A DNA stretch of 64,000 bases from an uncultured Actinomycetes bacterium (GTDB lineage Bacteria; Actinomycetota; UBA4738; HRBIN12). The notes below the pieces were generated by a model that saw only the letters and a program-made list of their open reading frames with translations, was not told the DNA's origin and did not search any database. Position 1 is the stretch's first letter. The number at the start of each line of letters is the position of its first letter. Location of the stretch: the NCBI GenBank assembly GCA_963771385.1, contig CAVYTE010000003.1, forward strand, positions 52,929 to 116,928. Reading direction: 5' to 3'. A program made the position numbers and the translations under genes. Positions 38,885 to 49,028 of this stretch are shown in pieces.

Positions 38885-41800
38885 GTGACCGTCCGAGGCG
38901 CCCGGACATCCTCCCGCGGCGGTGAGCGCAAGCTCGTCACCCTCCTGTTCGCGGATCTGACCGGCTACACGGCGCTCGCCGCCTCGCTCGATCCCGAGGA
39001 GGTGTACGGCTTCATCCGGCCGACGCTCGAACAGCTCCAGGGGATCGTCGAGGACTTCGGAGGCACCGTTCCCCAGACCCTGGGGGACGGGTTCATGGCG
39101 GTGTTCGGTGTCCCGTCGGTGCATGAGGACGACGAAGAGCGTGCGGTGCGAGCGGCACTCGCGATCCGCGACCACGTCGATCAGTTGAATGCGCGGCGGA
39201 CACGCGTGCGCTTCCCTCGGGTCCACGCGGGCATCAACTCGGGAGAGGTGATGGTCGCGCCCTCCGACGAGGCGTCCGGATTCATGGTGGTCGGGGACAC
39301 CGTGAACACCGCGTCGCGGCTGGCAGACCTCGCGAGCGAGGGGACGATCCTGGTCGACGGACGCACGCATGACCGGACAGCGCATGCGATCCGGTACGGA
39401 CCGCGCCGGACGCTGCGGGCCAAGGGGAAGAGCGAACCGCTGATCGCCTACGAGGCCGTGCAGACCCGAACGCGGAGCTCCACGCGTCGGGGCTCCTCCA
39501 CCGTGTTCGTCGACCGCCGTGACGCGCTCGAACGGATCCGTGAGGAGTTCCGTGGCGCCGCGCGCGCGTCTCGGTCAAGGGTGGTGGTCGTCACGGGTGA
39601 GCCAGGAACGGGCAAGAGCCGGCTGGCGTCGGAGCTGCGACGCCGCCGCGTCGGCAGGATCCTGGTCGGCCGGTGTCCCGCCTTCGGGCAGCAGCTCCCA
39701 CTCCAGGCGCTGGCCGAGGCCGTCGGGGCGGGCCTGGGGCTTTCCCCGGGCGCGTCGGCGACATCCGTCGACCGGGCCGTTCGACGCGTGGGACGTGCCC
39801 TCACGGCAGCCGAGCGTTCAAGGTTCGGCCGCGGCCTCCGCCTCCTGTTGGGCGCCGAACGCGTGCCGGCCGGGCAGGCCCGCGGGTCCGTGCATGACGC
39901 CGCGCGAGCGGGGCGGATCGCCATCGAGATCGCGGCCCGGGAGCGACCGGTGATCGTCGTGATCGACGACCTGCACTGGGCGGACGCCGATCTCCTCCGG
40001 TTCCTGCGGGATGTCCATCGCGATCCGTTGACGGCTCCCGTCCTGTTCCTCGCGCTGTCCCGGCCGTGGGCGGCCCTGCGCGGCCTCGCTTCGATCGACC
40101 TTCCGAACCTGGGTCCGGACGACATGCGAACGCTGGCGCGCAACGTCCTCGGGAGCGGGGTGCCCGAGGACGCCGTCGACGAGACGCTCGGCCGTGCCGG
40201 GGGCAACCCCTTGTTCCTGGAGGAAACGCTCGGGATGCTCGTGGACGCGGGGGCGCTCGAGTGGCGGGCCGGTGTGTGGGAGGTCGCAGACCCCGCACAG
40301 CTCCACGGTGTCCCCTCGACGATCCGCAGGTTGATCGCAGCGCGGCTCGATGCGCTCCCACCGATCGAGAAGGCGACGTTGCAGGACGCGGCGGTCGCCG
40401 GGGAGGTCGTCTGGGATCGATTGCTCGAGCATCTGGCGGGTCGAAGCATCGCGCGAACCATCGAGACCCTCGAACGGAGAGGGCTCCTCGTGCGTCGCGA
40501 GCCGAGCGTGTTCCGGGGCGCGATCGAACTAGAGGTCAAGCACGTGCTGATCCGGGAAGTGGCGTACGAGTCGGTGCCGCGCGGGGAGCGAGCCGACAAG
40601 CACCTCGTGATCGCACGATGGTTGGAGGAAGAGGCCTCGGCGATGCGAGAGGAGCCCGTGGCCTGGCTCGCCTACCACCTCGAGCGAGCCTGGCAGCTCG
40701 GGTACTCACGGACGGGCCCCGGCCCGGCGGCGGAAACGGCGATCCTGGCCGTCGACTCCTTGCGACGGTGGGCCGACCGGACCTTCGCGTACCAGGCGCG
40801 CCTTGCGGAGTCGATCTACGGACGTGCGATCACGGTGGCGCGATCCGCCGATGGAGTGGCCATCGGGCCCGTCATGGCGGACCTCCTGATCGGCCGGGCC
40901 GAGAGCCGCAACGAGATGGGTCGACATCGCGAGGCGCTCGCGGACGGGACCGAGGCCAGGCGGATCGCCGAGCGGATCTCGGATCCGGCTCGACGAGCCC
41001 GAGCGCTGCTCTGCCTCGGACGGACGGAGTCCGACCTTGGCCGGATGCTCAAGGCACGATCCCTGGTCGAGGACGCGCGACGGCTGTTCCATGTGGGCGG
41101 GGATCTGCGTGGCGAGGCGTGGGCGCTTCATCGGCGATCGGAAACATGGAGTGAAAGCGACCCCGCCCGCGAGCTCGAAGATCTCGAGGAGTCGTATGGA
41201 CTGTTCGCCCGGTCGCGTGATCGGTGGGGGCGATCGATCGCGGCGCAAGATCTCGCGTACATCCTCACGCCGAAGGGCGGATCCGCGTTCCGACGCTGGT
41301 ACCGGACCTCGGCACGACTTGCCGGTGACGAGGGAGACCTGCGTTCGCGGGCGACGCTCGCGCGCACCGCGGGCTACGAGGCCTTCTATCGAGGCGAGTA
41401 CGCCCGGGCCATCGCGGAGATGGAGCAGGCGCGGCCGCTCGCAGCTCGTTCCGGCGAACGATACGCGGAGGGAGACGCGATCGCGATCTTGGCGCTGTCC
41501 GAGATCGCCGTCGGCTCGCCGGAAAGAGCACTGGAGCTCGGGTCCGAGCTTCAACGGTTCGCCCGGGACCTCGACTCCGTACGCTTGCAATCGATGGGAC
41601 TGCTCGCGGAGGCGCGAGCCGCGGTCCGCCTCGGGCGGCCCGCCATCGCCACGAGTCGGATGGAGGCCGCCCGACGCTTGATCGGTCGCCGCCAGACCGC
41701 GACGAGAGCCGATCTCCTCTATGCGGAAGCGGGGATCCGCATGGACCGCGGGATCTCGTCGGGGGTTGCCTCGATCGCCGGACGGGCGTCGTCGTTGGCG

Positions 41801-42352
41801 GCGCGTTACGGCTGGGCGCTCTGCGAGCCGCTCGGGCCGCTGATCCGGGGTCGATCGGCGCTCGGCGCCGGTCGGTCGGACGCCGGGCTCCGCGACCTGG
41901 AGCTGGCCCGCTCCCTCGCGCGCTCGGCCGGCGCATCGGGGACCGAGCGATTGGCGCGCCTCCTCGCCGACCAGGCCCGGATCCTTGCAACAACCGGTCG
42001 CCGGGTTCCGGAGGCCGCCGGCCCGGCGGATCGGCGCGCCGACGCCGAGGCCCGGGCGATCGCACGCGAGAACGACGGTCTGCTCGCGCTCCGCGCGGGC
42101 CGTCCGGGTCGCGCCAGGGAGGCGTTCGAGGAGGCGGCCGCGACGTGGGAGCAGATGGGCGCGACCGTGTGGCACGCCCGGGCCCTCCGGTTCGCGTCGG
42201 CCACGGCTCGGATCGAGGGCCGCACCGGGCCGGCACGGACGCTCGAGCGGCGTTCCGACCGCGTCTTCTCACGCGTGCGGACCCCCGGCCCGGACCGGAA
42301 GGCCACGGAGCGAGCCGTCGATCGGGCCGCCGATCGAGCGGCGCCCGGGTGA
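38885..42352 (+). CDS. adenylate/guanylate cyclase domain fused to a STAND-type P-loop ATPase and TPR-like repeats
   Basis: Class III cyclase core LVTLLFADLTGYTAL..GDGFMAVFG, then P-loop VVTGEPGTGKSRL, then a long alpha-helical repeat region. No C-terminal HTH was seen. Confidence 0.7.
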   Translation: MTVRGARTSSRGGERKLVTLLFADLTGYTALAASLDPEEVYGFIRPTLEQLQGIVEDFGGTVPQTLGDGFMAVFGVPSVHEDDEERAVRAALAIRDHVDQLNARRTRVRFPRVHAGINSGEVMVAPSDEASGFMVVGDTVNTASRLADLASEGTILVDGRTHDRTAHAIRYGPRRTLRAKGKSEPLIAYEAVQTRTRSSTRRGSSTVFVDRRDALERIREEFRGAARASRSRVVVVTGEPGTGKSRLASELRRRRVGRILVGRCPAFGQQLPLQALAEAVGAGLGLSPGASATSVDRAVRRVGRALTAAERSRFGRGLRLLLGAERVPAGQARGSVHDAARAGRIAIEIAARERPVIVVIDDLHWADADLLRFLRDVHRDPLTAPVLFLALSRPWAALRGLASIDLPNLGPDDMRTLARNVLGSGVPEDAVDETLGRAGGNPLFLEETLGMLVDAGALEWRAGVWEVADPAQLHGVPSTIRRLIAARLDALPPIEKATLQDAAVAGEVVWDRLLEHLAGRSIARTIETLERRGLLVRREPSVFRGAIELEVKHVLIREVAYESVPRGERADKHLVIARWLEEEASAMREEPVAWLAYHLERAWQLGYSRTGPGPAAETAILAVDSLRRWADRTFAYQARLAESIYGRAITVARSADGVAIGPVMADLLIGRAESRNEMGRHREALADGTEARRIAERISDPARRARALLCLGRTESDLGRMLKARSLVEDARRLFHVGGDLRGEAWALHRRSETWSESDPARELEDLEESYGLFARSRDRWGRSIAAQDLAYILTPKGGSAFRRWYRTSARLAGDEGDLRSRATLARTAGYEAFYRGEYARAIAEMEQARPLAARSGERYAEGDAIAILALSEIAVGSPERALELGSELQRFARDLDSVRLQSMGLLAEARAAVRLGRPAIATSRMEAARRLIGRRQTATRADLLYAEAGIRMDRGISSGVASIAGRASSLAARYGWALCEPLGPLIRGRSALGAGRSDAGLRDLELARSLARSAGASGTERLARLLADQARILATTGRRVPEAAGPADRRADAEARAIARENDGLLALRAGRPGRAREAFEEAAATWEQMGATVWHARALRFASATARIEGRTGPARTLERRSDRVFSRVRTPGPDRKATERAVDRAADRAAPG

Positions 42353-42399
42353 GCGTCGCGCTCGTTGGACCGGTCGCGAGCACCCGGTAGGTTCGCGGC

Positions 42400-44604
42400 G
42401 TGGCGCTCTCCATCGATTCCCCGGTGGCCGAGATCGACGCCCGCGTCGCGACACGGCGCGTCGGCCTGACCAAGAAGGGCCCGCCCGCTGCCGAGGTCCT
42501 GTCCGGGATGGGCATCGAGACGGTCCGGGACCTGCTCCATCACTACCCGAGGCGGTACATCGACCGCACGAGGGTCTCTCGGATCAAGGACATGAACGTC
42601 GGTCAATACGCGACGATCATCGCCCGCGTCAAGCGCGTCACGAAACGACTGACGCGCCGGCGTCAGTCGATGGTCGTCGTCACCGTCACCGATGGGTCGG
42701 GCACGCTGGACCTCACCTTCTTCAACCAACCGTGGACGGCGACCCAGTACCGCGAGGGACACGAGGTCGCCGTCTCGGGGGTCGCACAGCTGTACGGAGG
42801 CCGGCGGCAGGTCGCGAAGCAGGAGGTCGAGCTCCTGACGAGCGACGAGCACGACCTCGTCCACATGGGTCGGATCACGCCGGTCCATCGGGCCACCGAG
42901 GGCGTGACGACGCGGACGATCCGTGAGCTCCTGTGGCTCGCGCTCGAACGCCTCGGCACGATCGGCGACCCGTTGCCGGAGGCGCTCGTCGCGTCGGAGG
43001 GGCTCCTGCCGTTCGGAACGGCGATCCGGCAGATCCACTTCCCGGATACGCAGCGGGAGCTCACCGCGGCGACGACGCGGCTCAAGTTCGACGAGTTGTT
43101 CACGCTCGAGCTCGGGGTGGCGTTCCGCAAACGCCGGGTCGAACGCGCCGAGCGTGGTGTCGCGCACGACCTTGGCGACGCCCTCGTCAAGCGGTTCGAG
43201 TCGTCCCTGCCGTTCGTGCCGACGCAGGCGCAGGAGCGGGCGATCCAGGAGATCGACCGGGCGATGGCCGGATCGCGGCCCATGAACGTGCTGCTGCAGG
43301 GGGACGTGGGCTCGGGCAAGACGCTCGTCGCGGTCCACGCGTCGCTCGTCGCGATCGGGTCGGGGCACCAGGCCGCGATCATGGCGCCGACCGAGGTCCT
43401 GGCCGGCCAGCATCTCCGGTCGGTCGCGCAACTGCTCGAGCCGTCCGGAGCCGTCCCGTACCTCGACCTCGTGTCCGAACGAGCCACGACGGACGGTCAG
43501 GTCTCGCTCCTCGAACCCGAACCATCTCCCGACGGCGACCGCGCGATCACGTTCGCGCTCCTGACGGCAGCCGTGACGGGGAAGGATCGGACCCGCATCG
43601 TCGAGGGGATCGCGGCGGGAGCTGTCGACCTGGTGATCGGGACCCACGCGCTCGTGCAGGAGGGGGTTTCGTTCGCCGACCTGTCCCTGGCCGTGATCGA
43701 CGAGCAACACCGGTTCGGCGTCCATCAGCGGATGGCGTTGAAGGGCAAGGGCGGCTCGCCCGACGTCCTGATCATGACCGCGACGCCGATCCCGCGGACG
43801 CTGGCGCTCACCTATTACGGCGATCTGGACGTCGTGGTGCTCGACGAGATGCCGAAGGGACGCGTGCCGGTCCGAACGACGATCGCTCGGACCGAGCCGG
43901 AGCGCGCCGCAGCGTACGAGCTCGTGCGTCGCGAGGTGGCGGCCGGGCTGCGCGCGTTCGTCGTGTGTGCCGCGATCGACGAAGGGAACCGGAGCGAGGT
44001 CCGGGCCGCCGAGGCGGAGGCCGATCGGCTCGCCGGCGAGGTGTTCCCCGATCTGTCGGTGGAGCTCCTGCACGGCCGGATGCGCCCCGCCGAGAAGGAG
44101 CGCGTCATGGACGGCTTCCGCTCGGGAGGACTCGACGTGCTGATCTCGACCACGGTGATCGAGGTGGGCGTCGACGTCCCCGAGGCGACCGTGATGCTCG
44201 TCGAGAACGCCGAGCGGTTCGGGCTCTCGCAACTGCACCAGCTCCGCGGGAGGATCGGTCGCGGGAGCCACCCCTCCACGTGCATCCTGTTCGACGAGTC
44301 CGACGAGACGAACGAGATCGCCCGGGCTCGCCTGGCCGCGATGGTCCGCACCACCGACGGGTTCGAGCTCGCCGACGAGGATCTGCGATTGCGCGGCGAG
44401 GGCACGCTGTTCGACGTGAAGCAGTCGGGCCTGCCGGACCTGAAGCTCGCGCGGCTCGCCGAGGACCTCGAGCTCGTCAAGCGCGCGCGGCTCGCCGCGT
44501 TCGCGGCGATCGACGCCGACCCAGAGCTCGACGCGCACCCCGAGCTCCTGGCGGAGCTGCGATCCCGGTTCGAGCGCTCCGTGGATTGGTTGTTCCACTC
44601 GTGA
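42400..44604 (+). CDS. recG: ATP-dependent DNA helicase RecG
   Basis: Wedge and superfamily-2 helicase motifs: GDVGSGKT, DEQHRFG and the C-terminal QLHQLRGRIGRG. Confidence 0.85.
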   Translation: MALSIDSPVAEIDARVATRRVGLTKKGPPAAEVLSGMGIETVRDLLHHYPRRYIDRTRVSRIKDMNVGQYATIIARVKRVTKRLTRRRQSMVVVTVTDGSGTLDLTFFNQPWTATQYREGHEVAVSGVAQLYGGRRQVAKQEVELLTSDEHDLVHMGRITPVHRATEGVTTRTIRELLWLALERLGTIGDPLPEALVASEGLLPFGTAIRQIHFPDTQRELTAATTRLKFDELFTLELGVAFRKRRVERAERGVAHDLGDALVKRFESSLPFVPTQAQERAIQEIDRAMAGSRPMNVLLQGDVGSGKTLVAVHASLVAIGSGHQAAIMAPTEVLAGQHLRSVAQLLEPSGAVPYLDLVSERATTDGQVSLLEPEPSPDGDRAITFALLTAAVTGKDRTRIVEGIAAGAVDLVIGTHALVQEGVSFADLSLAVIDEQHRFGVHQRMALKGKGGSPDVLIMTATPIPRTLALTYYGDLDVVVLDEMPKGRVPVRTTIARTEPERAAAYELVRREVAAGLRAFVVCAAIDEGNRSEVRAAEAEADRLAGEVFPDLSVELLHGRMRPAEKERVMDGFRSGGLDVLISTTVIEVGVDVPEATVMLVENAERFGLSQLHQLRGRIGRGSHPSTCILFDESDETNEIARARLAAMVRTTDGFELADEDLRLRGEGTLFDVKQSGLPDLKLARLAEDLELVKRARLAAFAAIDADPELDAHPELLAELRSRFERSVDWLFHS

Positions 44605-44611
44605 GCCCACC

Positions 44612-45166
44612 GTGAGGATCGTCGCGGGGTCGGCGAAGGGCGTGCGGCTCGCGCCGGTGCCTCGTGGCGTCCGGCCGGTCTCGGACATGGCGCGGGAAGG
44701 GGTCTTCTCGAGCCTCGGCGCGCAGGTCGCGGGGGCCCGGGTCCTGGACCTGTACGCGGGGACCGGCGCCATGGCGATCGAGGCCCTTTCGCGCGGTGCG
44801 GAGCGGGCGGTCCTGGTCGACCGGGACCGTACCGCAGCCAGGACGATCCGGGACAACCTCGAGCGGGCGCGGCTGGGGGCCTCCGGCGAGGTCGTCGTTG
44901 CTCAGGTCGCATCGTTCCTGGGCCGGGCAGGCGCGAACGGGGGTCCGTTCGACCTCGTCCTCGTCGATCCTCCCTACGCGATCCCCGTCCCCGAGCTCGA
45001 GGCCACGCTCGAGGCGGTGGCGTCCGGCTGGGTCTCCGGGCCGGGCTGGCGCATGGTCCTGACCAGGCCGAAAGAGGCTTCCACGCTTGTCATTCCGGTA
45101 CACTGGCTCGTCGCGAGGCGCCTTTCCTACGGCGACACCCGCGCCCTGATCCTCCAGGAGGCATAG
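44612..45166 (+). CDS. rsmD: 16S rRNA (guanine966-N2)-methyltransferase
   Basis: VLDLYAGTGAMAIEALSRGA and DPPY motifs in a conserved position after recG. Confidence 0.8.
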   Translation: MRIVAGSAKGVRLAPVPRGVRPVSDMAREGVFSSLGAQVAGARVLDLYAGTGAMAIEALSRGAERAVLVDRDRTAARTIRDNLERARLGASGEVVVAQVASFLGRAGANGGPFDLVLVDPPYAIPVPELEATLEAVASGWVSGPGWRMVLTRPKEASTLVIPVHWLVARRLSYGDTRALILQEA

Positions 45167-45655
45167 ATGGGCTTGACCGCCCTGTGTCCGGGGACGTTCG
45201 ACCCCGTCACCAACGGTCATCTGGACATCATCGAGCGAGCGGCGGCGCGCTTCGACGCGCTGGTCGTCGGCGTGCTCGACAATCCCGCGAAGGAACCGTT
45301 GTTCAGCGCGGAGGAGCGCGTCGGCCTGCTGAAGGAGGCCACGCAGGCCCTGTCGAACGTCGAGGTCGAGGCCTTCTCGGGGCTGCTCGTGGACCATGTG
45401 AGGCGCAGAGGCCCGGACGTGGTCGTGGTGAAGGGTCTACGAGCGGTCACCGACTACGAGTACGAGATCCAGATGGCGCAGATGAACCACCGGCTCGCCG
45501 GTGTCGAGACCTTGTTCATGACGACGAGCCCGCAGTGGTCGTTCCTGTCGTCCTCGCTCGTCAAAGAGGTCGCGCGGTTCGGGGGGGACGTCTCCGGCCT
45601 GGTGCCGGCCGCCGTGGTCGATCGGCTCGCTGAGCGGCTCGGGGGCGCGGGCTGA
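45167..45655 (+). CDS. coaD: phosphopantetheine adenylyltransferase
   Basis: CPGTFDPVTNGHLDII matches the HxGH nucleotidyltransferase motif. Confidence 0.85.
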   Translation: MGLTALCPGTFDPVTNGHLDIIERAAARFDALVVGVLDNPAKEPLFSAEERVGLLKEATQALSNVEVEAFSGLLVDHVRRRGPDVVVVKGLRAVTDYEYEIQMAQMNHRLAGVETLFMTTSPQWSFLSSSLVKEVARFGGDVSGLVPAAVVDRLAERLGGAG

Positions 45656-46197
45656 TGGATCTGGCCACCCGGCTCCTGGAGCTCGAGGAGATGGTGCGCG
45701 ACGCCAAGTCGATGCCGCTCTCCTCCTCGGCGCTGCTGAATCGCGACGAGGTGCTGGTCCTGATCGAGGAGCTCAAGGACTCGTTGCCCGAGGAGATCAA
45801 GCAGGCGCGCTGGGTCGTGAAGGACCGCGAAGAGCTCCTCGCGAAGGCCCGGCGCGATGCCGAGTCCATGGTCGAGGCAGCCCGAGCCGAACAGCTGCGG
45901 ATGGCGTCGCACGAGGCCATCGTGCAGCGCGCCAAGGAGGAGTCGGAGCGGATCGCGCACGAGGCCCAGGAGGATGCCCGCCGGCTGCGCCTGGAGGCCG
46001 AGGATTACGCGGATGCGAAGCTGGCCCAGCTCGAGGTCGCGCTCCAGAAGATCCTCGAAGACATGTCGAGCTCGAACGACGCCCTGTCGCGCACGATCGA
46101 CCAGGTCGTCGGGGGGCGGGAGAAGCTCCGCGGCGCGGCACCGGCCGCCGAGCTGGGTGCCGAGATGCATCTGTCCGAGGAGGGTGGTGAGGCGTGA
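45655..46197 (+). CDS. coiled-coil protein (DivIVA / ATPase-b-like), conserved between coaD and yceD
   Basis: ATGA overlap with coaD. Highly charged heptad-repeat sequence. Confidence 0.4.
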   Translation: MDLATRLLELEEMVRDAKSMPLSSSALLNRDEVLVLIEELKDSLPEEIKQARWVVKDREELLAKARRDAESMVEAARAEQLRMASHEAIVQRAKEESERIAHEAQEDARRLRLEAEDYADAKLAQLEVALQKILEDMSSSNDALSRTIDQVVGGREKLRGAAPAAELGAEMHLSEEGGEA

Positions 46198-46715
46198 TGC
46201 GCGCGATCGAGGTCCGCGATCTGCTCGAGCGCCCGGGGTCCTCGCGGAGCGCGCGAGTGGACGAGGCGGTTCCCGGCCTTCGGACCGAGCTCGCCGACGT
46301 CCCCGAGGACACGCCGATCCGCGGCCAGCTCATGCTCGAGAGCGTGGAGCTGGGCATCTACGTGTCCGGCTCCGTGGCCGGCCGATTCGCGATGCGATGC
46401 GCCAGATGCCTGAAGGGCTTCGCGCGGCCGTTCGATGTGCGCATGTCCGAGCTGTACGCGCGCGAACCGGGGCCGGAGGACGACTACGCGCTCACGCCGG
46501 AGCTCACGCTCGACCCCGAGCCTATGGTCCGTGATGCCGTGGTGCTGGAGATGCCGTTCTCGCCGTTGTGCCGGCCCGACTGCCTCGGCCTGTGCGAGAT
46601 CTGCGGGGGCGATCGGAACCTCGGCGGATGCCCCGGCCACCAGGTCACCGACCCGAGGTGGGCGCAGCTCGAGGCGTGGCTCGAGACCGAGTCGCCGGCG
46701 GACCGTCTGGACTGA
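46194..46715 (+). CDS. yceD: YceD family (DUF177) protein
   Basis: Cys-rich C-terminus CRPDCLGLCEICGG in the conserved position before rpmF. Confidence 0.65.
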   Translation: MMRAIEVRDLLERPGSSRSARVDEAVPGLRTELADVPEDTPIRGQLMLESVELGIYVSGSVAGRFAMRCARCLKGFARPFDVRMSELYAREPGPEDDYALTPELTLDPEPMVRDAVVLEMPFSPLCRPDCLGLCEICGGDRNLGGCPGHQVTDPRWAQLEAWLETESPADRLD

Positions 46716-46757
46716 GCGCGACCACCACGACGACGATCACAGAGAAAGGAACACACG

Positions 46758-46934
46758 ATGCCGGTACCGAAGCGACGCCAGAGCCACACGCGGACCGCGA
46801 AGCGGAAGGCGAACTGGAAGGCCCAACCTCCCACGTACTCGGAGTGTCCGCAGTGTCACCAGCCGAAGCTGCCGCATCGGGTCTGCGCGAACTGCGGGTA
46901 CTACGCGGGCCGACAGGCGATCGAGGTCGAGTAG
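46758..46934 (+). CDS. rpmF: 50S ribosomal protein L32
   Basis: MPVPKRRQSHTRTAKRKANWK..CPQCHQPKLPHRVCANCG. RBS AGAAAGGAAC upstream. 58 aa, so below the ORF-track cutoff. Confidence 0.85.
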   Translation: MPVPKRRQSHTRTAKRKANWKAQPPTYSECPQCHQPKLPHRVCANCGYYAGRQAIEVE

Positions 46935-46939
46935 GAAGC

Positions 46940-47668
46940 GTGGCGCCCGGTCGCACATCCGAGGGCCCGAGGGCGCTCGATCGGATCCTGGGGGTTCGGT
47001 TCCGCGACGCGTCGTTGCGAGAGCTCGCGCTCACGCATCGCTCCTTCGCGTTCGAGAACGGGCTGCCCGGCAACAACGAGCGGCTCGAGTTCCTCGGCGA
47101 CGCCGTCCTGGGCATCGTGGTCACGGACCTGGCCTTCCGGGAGTTCCCGGACATGCCCGAAGGCGAGCTCGCAAAGCTTCGAGCGGCCATGGTGAACATG
47201 GGGGCACTCGCCGATGTGGCTCGAGACCTCGGGATCGGCCGCCTGGTCCTGCTCGGCAAGGGGGAGGAGATGAGCGGCGGCCGAGACAAGAGCAGCATCC
47301 TGGCCGACGCCCTCGAGGCGGTGCTCGGCGCGATCTACCTCGACCGAGGCATGCCGGTCGCCCGCAAGCTCATCGAGCGCGTGTTCCGACCTCGGATGGT
47401 CGCCTACGTCCGCGGCGAGGGGGAGCGCGACTACAAGACGATCCTGCAGGAGCTCGCCTCCGCGGAGGTCCACGCGGTCCCCGAGTACCGGATCCGGGAA
47501 CGCGGACCCGACCACGAGAAGGAGTTCACCGCGACGGTGTTCCTCGGCGGCAAGCCCTGGGGAAGCGGCATCGGGCGCTCGAAGAAGGAGGCCGAGCAGC
47601 AGGCGGCACACGAGGCGTACGTCCGGCTCACCGAACGGGCCGAACCCGCGCCGGTGAAGGGAGCGTAG
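46940..47668 (+). CDS. rnc: ribonuclease III
   Basis: Signature ERLEFLGDAVL and a dsRBD C-terminus. GTG start 6 nt after rpmF. Confidence 0.85.
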   Translation: MAPGRTSEGPRALDRILGVRFRDASLRELALTHRSFAFENGLPGNNERLEFLGDAVLGIVVTDLAFREFPDMPEGELAKLRAAMVNMGALADVARDLGIGRLVLLGKGEEMSGGRDKSSILADALEAVLGAIYLDRGMPVARKLIERVFRPRMVAYVRGEGERDYKTILQELASAEVHAVPEYRIRERGPDHEKEFTATVFLGGKPWGSGIGRSKKEAEQQAAHEAYVRLTERAEPAPVKGA

Positions 47669-48511
47669 GTGGAGCTGCCCGAAGTCGAAGTGATGCGCCG
47701 CGACCTCGAGAAGGACGTCGTGGGTCGCAAGGTCGCGAGCGCGGAGGTGCGGCCCTCGCGGAACGCGATGCGCGTGATCCGGCGGCACGCGAAGCGCAAG
47801 GAGTTCACGGACCGGCTCGTTGGACGGAAGTTCACGAAGGCCGAGCGGCGCGGCAAGTACGTCCTGCTCCACATGGACAACGGCGACGTGCTCGTCACCC
47901 ACTTCGGGATGAGCGGGCAGTTCATCCGTGCGAACAAGCGTGTCCCGGTGCTGACGCACACGCACGTGATCATCACGTTCGCGCAGGGCGGCGACCTCCG
48001 TCTGCTCGACCCGCGGACCTTCGGCGAGATGTTCGTCGCCACCGCCGACGAGCTCGGCAAGGTCAAGGAGCTCCAGCACATCGCGATCGATCCGCTCGAC
48101 CACGTCTTCACCTGGCAAGCGTTCGGGGCCGCGCTGGCGCAGCGAGCCGCGAAGATGAAACAACTCCTGATGGACCAGAAGTTCGTGAGCGGCCTCGGGA
48201 ACATCTACTCCGACGAGGTGCTATTCGCCGCCGGGCTCCGCTATGACCGGATGTCCGATTCGCTGTCGTCGCAGGAGGTCCGTCGCCTGTACCGGGCGAT
48301 GCAGGAGGTCCTGCAGGAGGCGATCCGGTTCCGAGGCACGACGCTGGACGACGAGGCGTACCTGGACCTGTTCGGCAAGCCCGGGGAGTTCCAGAACGAG
48401 CTCAAGGTCTACGGTCGTGTCGGGTTGCCGTGCCGCCGGTGCCGGACGCCGATCAAGGCGGTCAAGGTCTCGGGGCGCAACGCGTACTACTGCCCGCAGT
48501 GCCAGTCGTAG
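47669..48511 (+). CDS. mutM: formamidopyrimidine-DNA glycosylase homolog lacking the canonical N-terminal Pro
   Basis: The N-terminus reads (M)ELPEVEV instead of MPELPEVE. The H2TH region and the C-terminal zinc finger CRRCRTPIKAVKVSGRNAYYCPQCQ are present. GTG start directly after the rnc stop. Confidence 0.7.
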   Translation: MELPEVEVMRRDLEKDVVGRKVASAEVRPSRNAMRVIRRHAKRKEFTDRLVGRKFTKAERRGKYVLLHMDNGDVLVTHFGMSGQFIRANKRVPVLTHTHVIITFAQGGDLRLLDPRTFGEMFVATADELGKVKELQHIAIDPLDHVFTWQAFGAALAQRAAKMKQLLMDQKFVSGLGNIYSDEVLFAAGLRYDRMSDSLSSQEVRRLYRAMQEVLQEAIRFRGTTLDDEAYLDLFGKPGEFQNELKVYGRVGLPCRRCRTPIKAVKVSGRNAYYCPQCQS

Positions 48512-48586
48512 GTGGACGCTCCGCGGCCGGTTGCGGGTCCGGACACGTGGCGTAGCTTCGGAACGCGACCGACGAGAGGAGGACTC

Positions 48587-49027
48587 ATGGGCGACGTCGA
48601 GCGCAACATCGACGTGGTTCGGCGGGTCGAGGACGCGTACCGTCGGCGGGACTACTCCTCGCTGCCCGAGCTGATCCGGGAGGACCTGGTGGCGCATACG
48701 CCGTCCGCCGACCCGAACGGACAGGACCCTGCCGGGCTGCAGGCCAACAACGAGAGGGCGCATACCGCGTTCCCGGACACACGCACCGAGATCGAGGACG
48801 TGTTCGGCGAGGGGGACTACGTCGTCGCGCGCATGCGCAACACCGGGACCAACTCGGGCGGACTCCCATGGTTCGGCATCCCCGCGAACGACGCGAAGAT
48901 CGACCTGGAGTGGATCCAGATCTCCCGGCACGACCCGGACGGCACGATCGCGGAGACGTGGGCGCAGATGGAGATCATGAAGCTGCTGCAGCAGCTCGGC
49001 GCCATGCCGGGCCCGGAGGGAGCGTGA
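48587..49027 (+). CDS. SnoaL-like ester cyclase / NTF2-like protein
   Basis: RBS GAGAGGAGG precedes the ATG. Predicted ester-cyclase family pattern. Confidence 0.5.
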   Translation: MGDVERNIDVVRRVEDAYRRRDYSSLPELIREDLVAHTPSADPNGQDPAGLQANNERAHTAFPDTRTEIEDVFGEGDYVVARMRNTGTNSGGLPWFGIPANDAKIDLEWIQISRHDPDGTIAETWAQMEIMKLLQQLGAMPGPEGA

Positions 49028-49028
49028 C

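Noticed and set aside
41806-44856. 1016-aa minus-strand ORF
   Set aside because: Antisense to the cyclase-STAND gene and recG. No motifs; Arg-rich.
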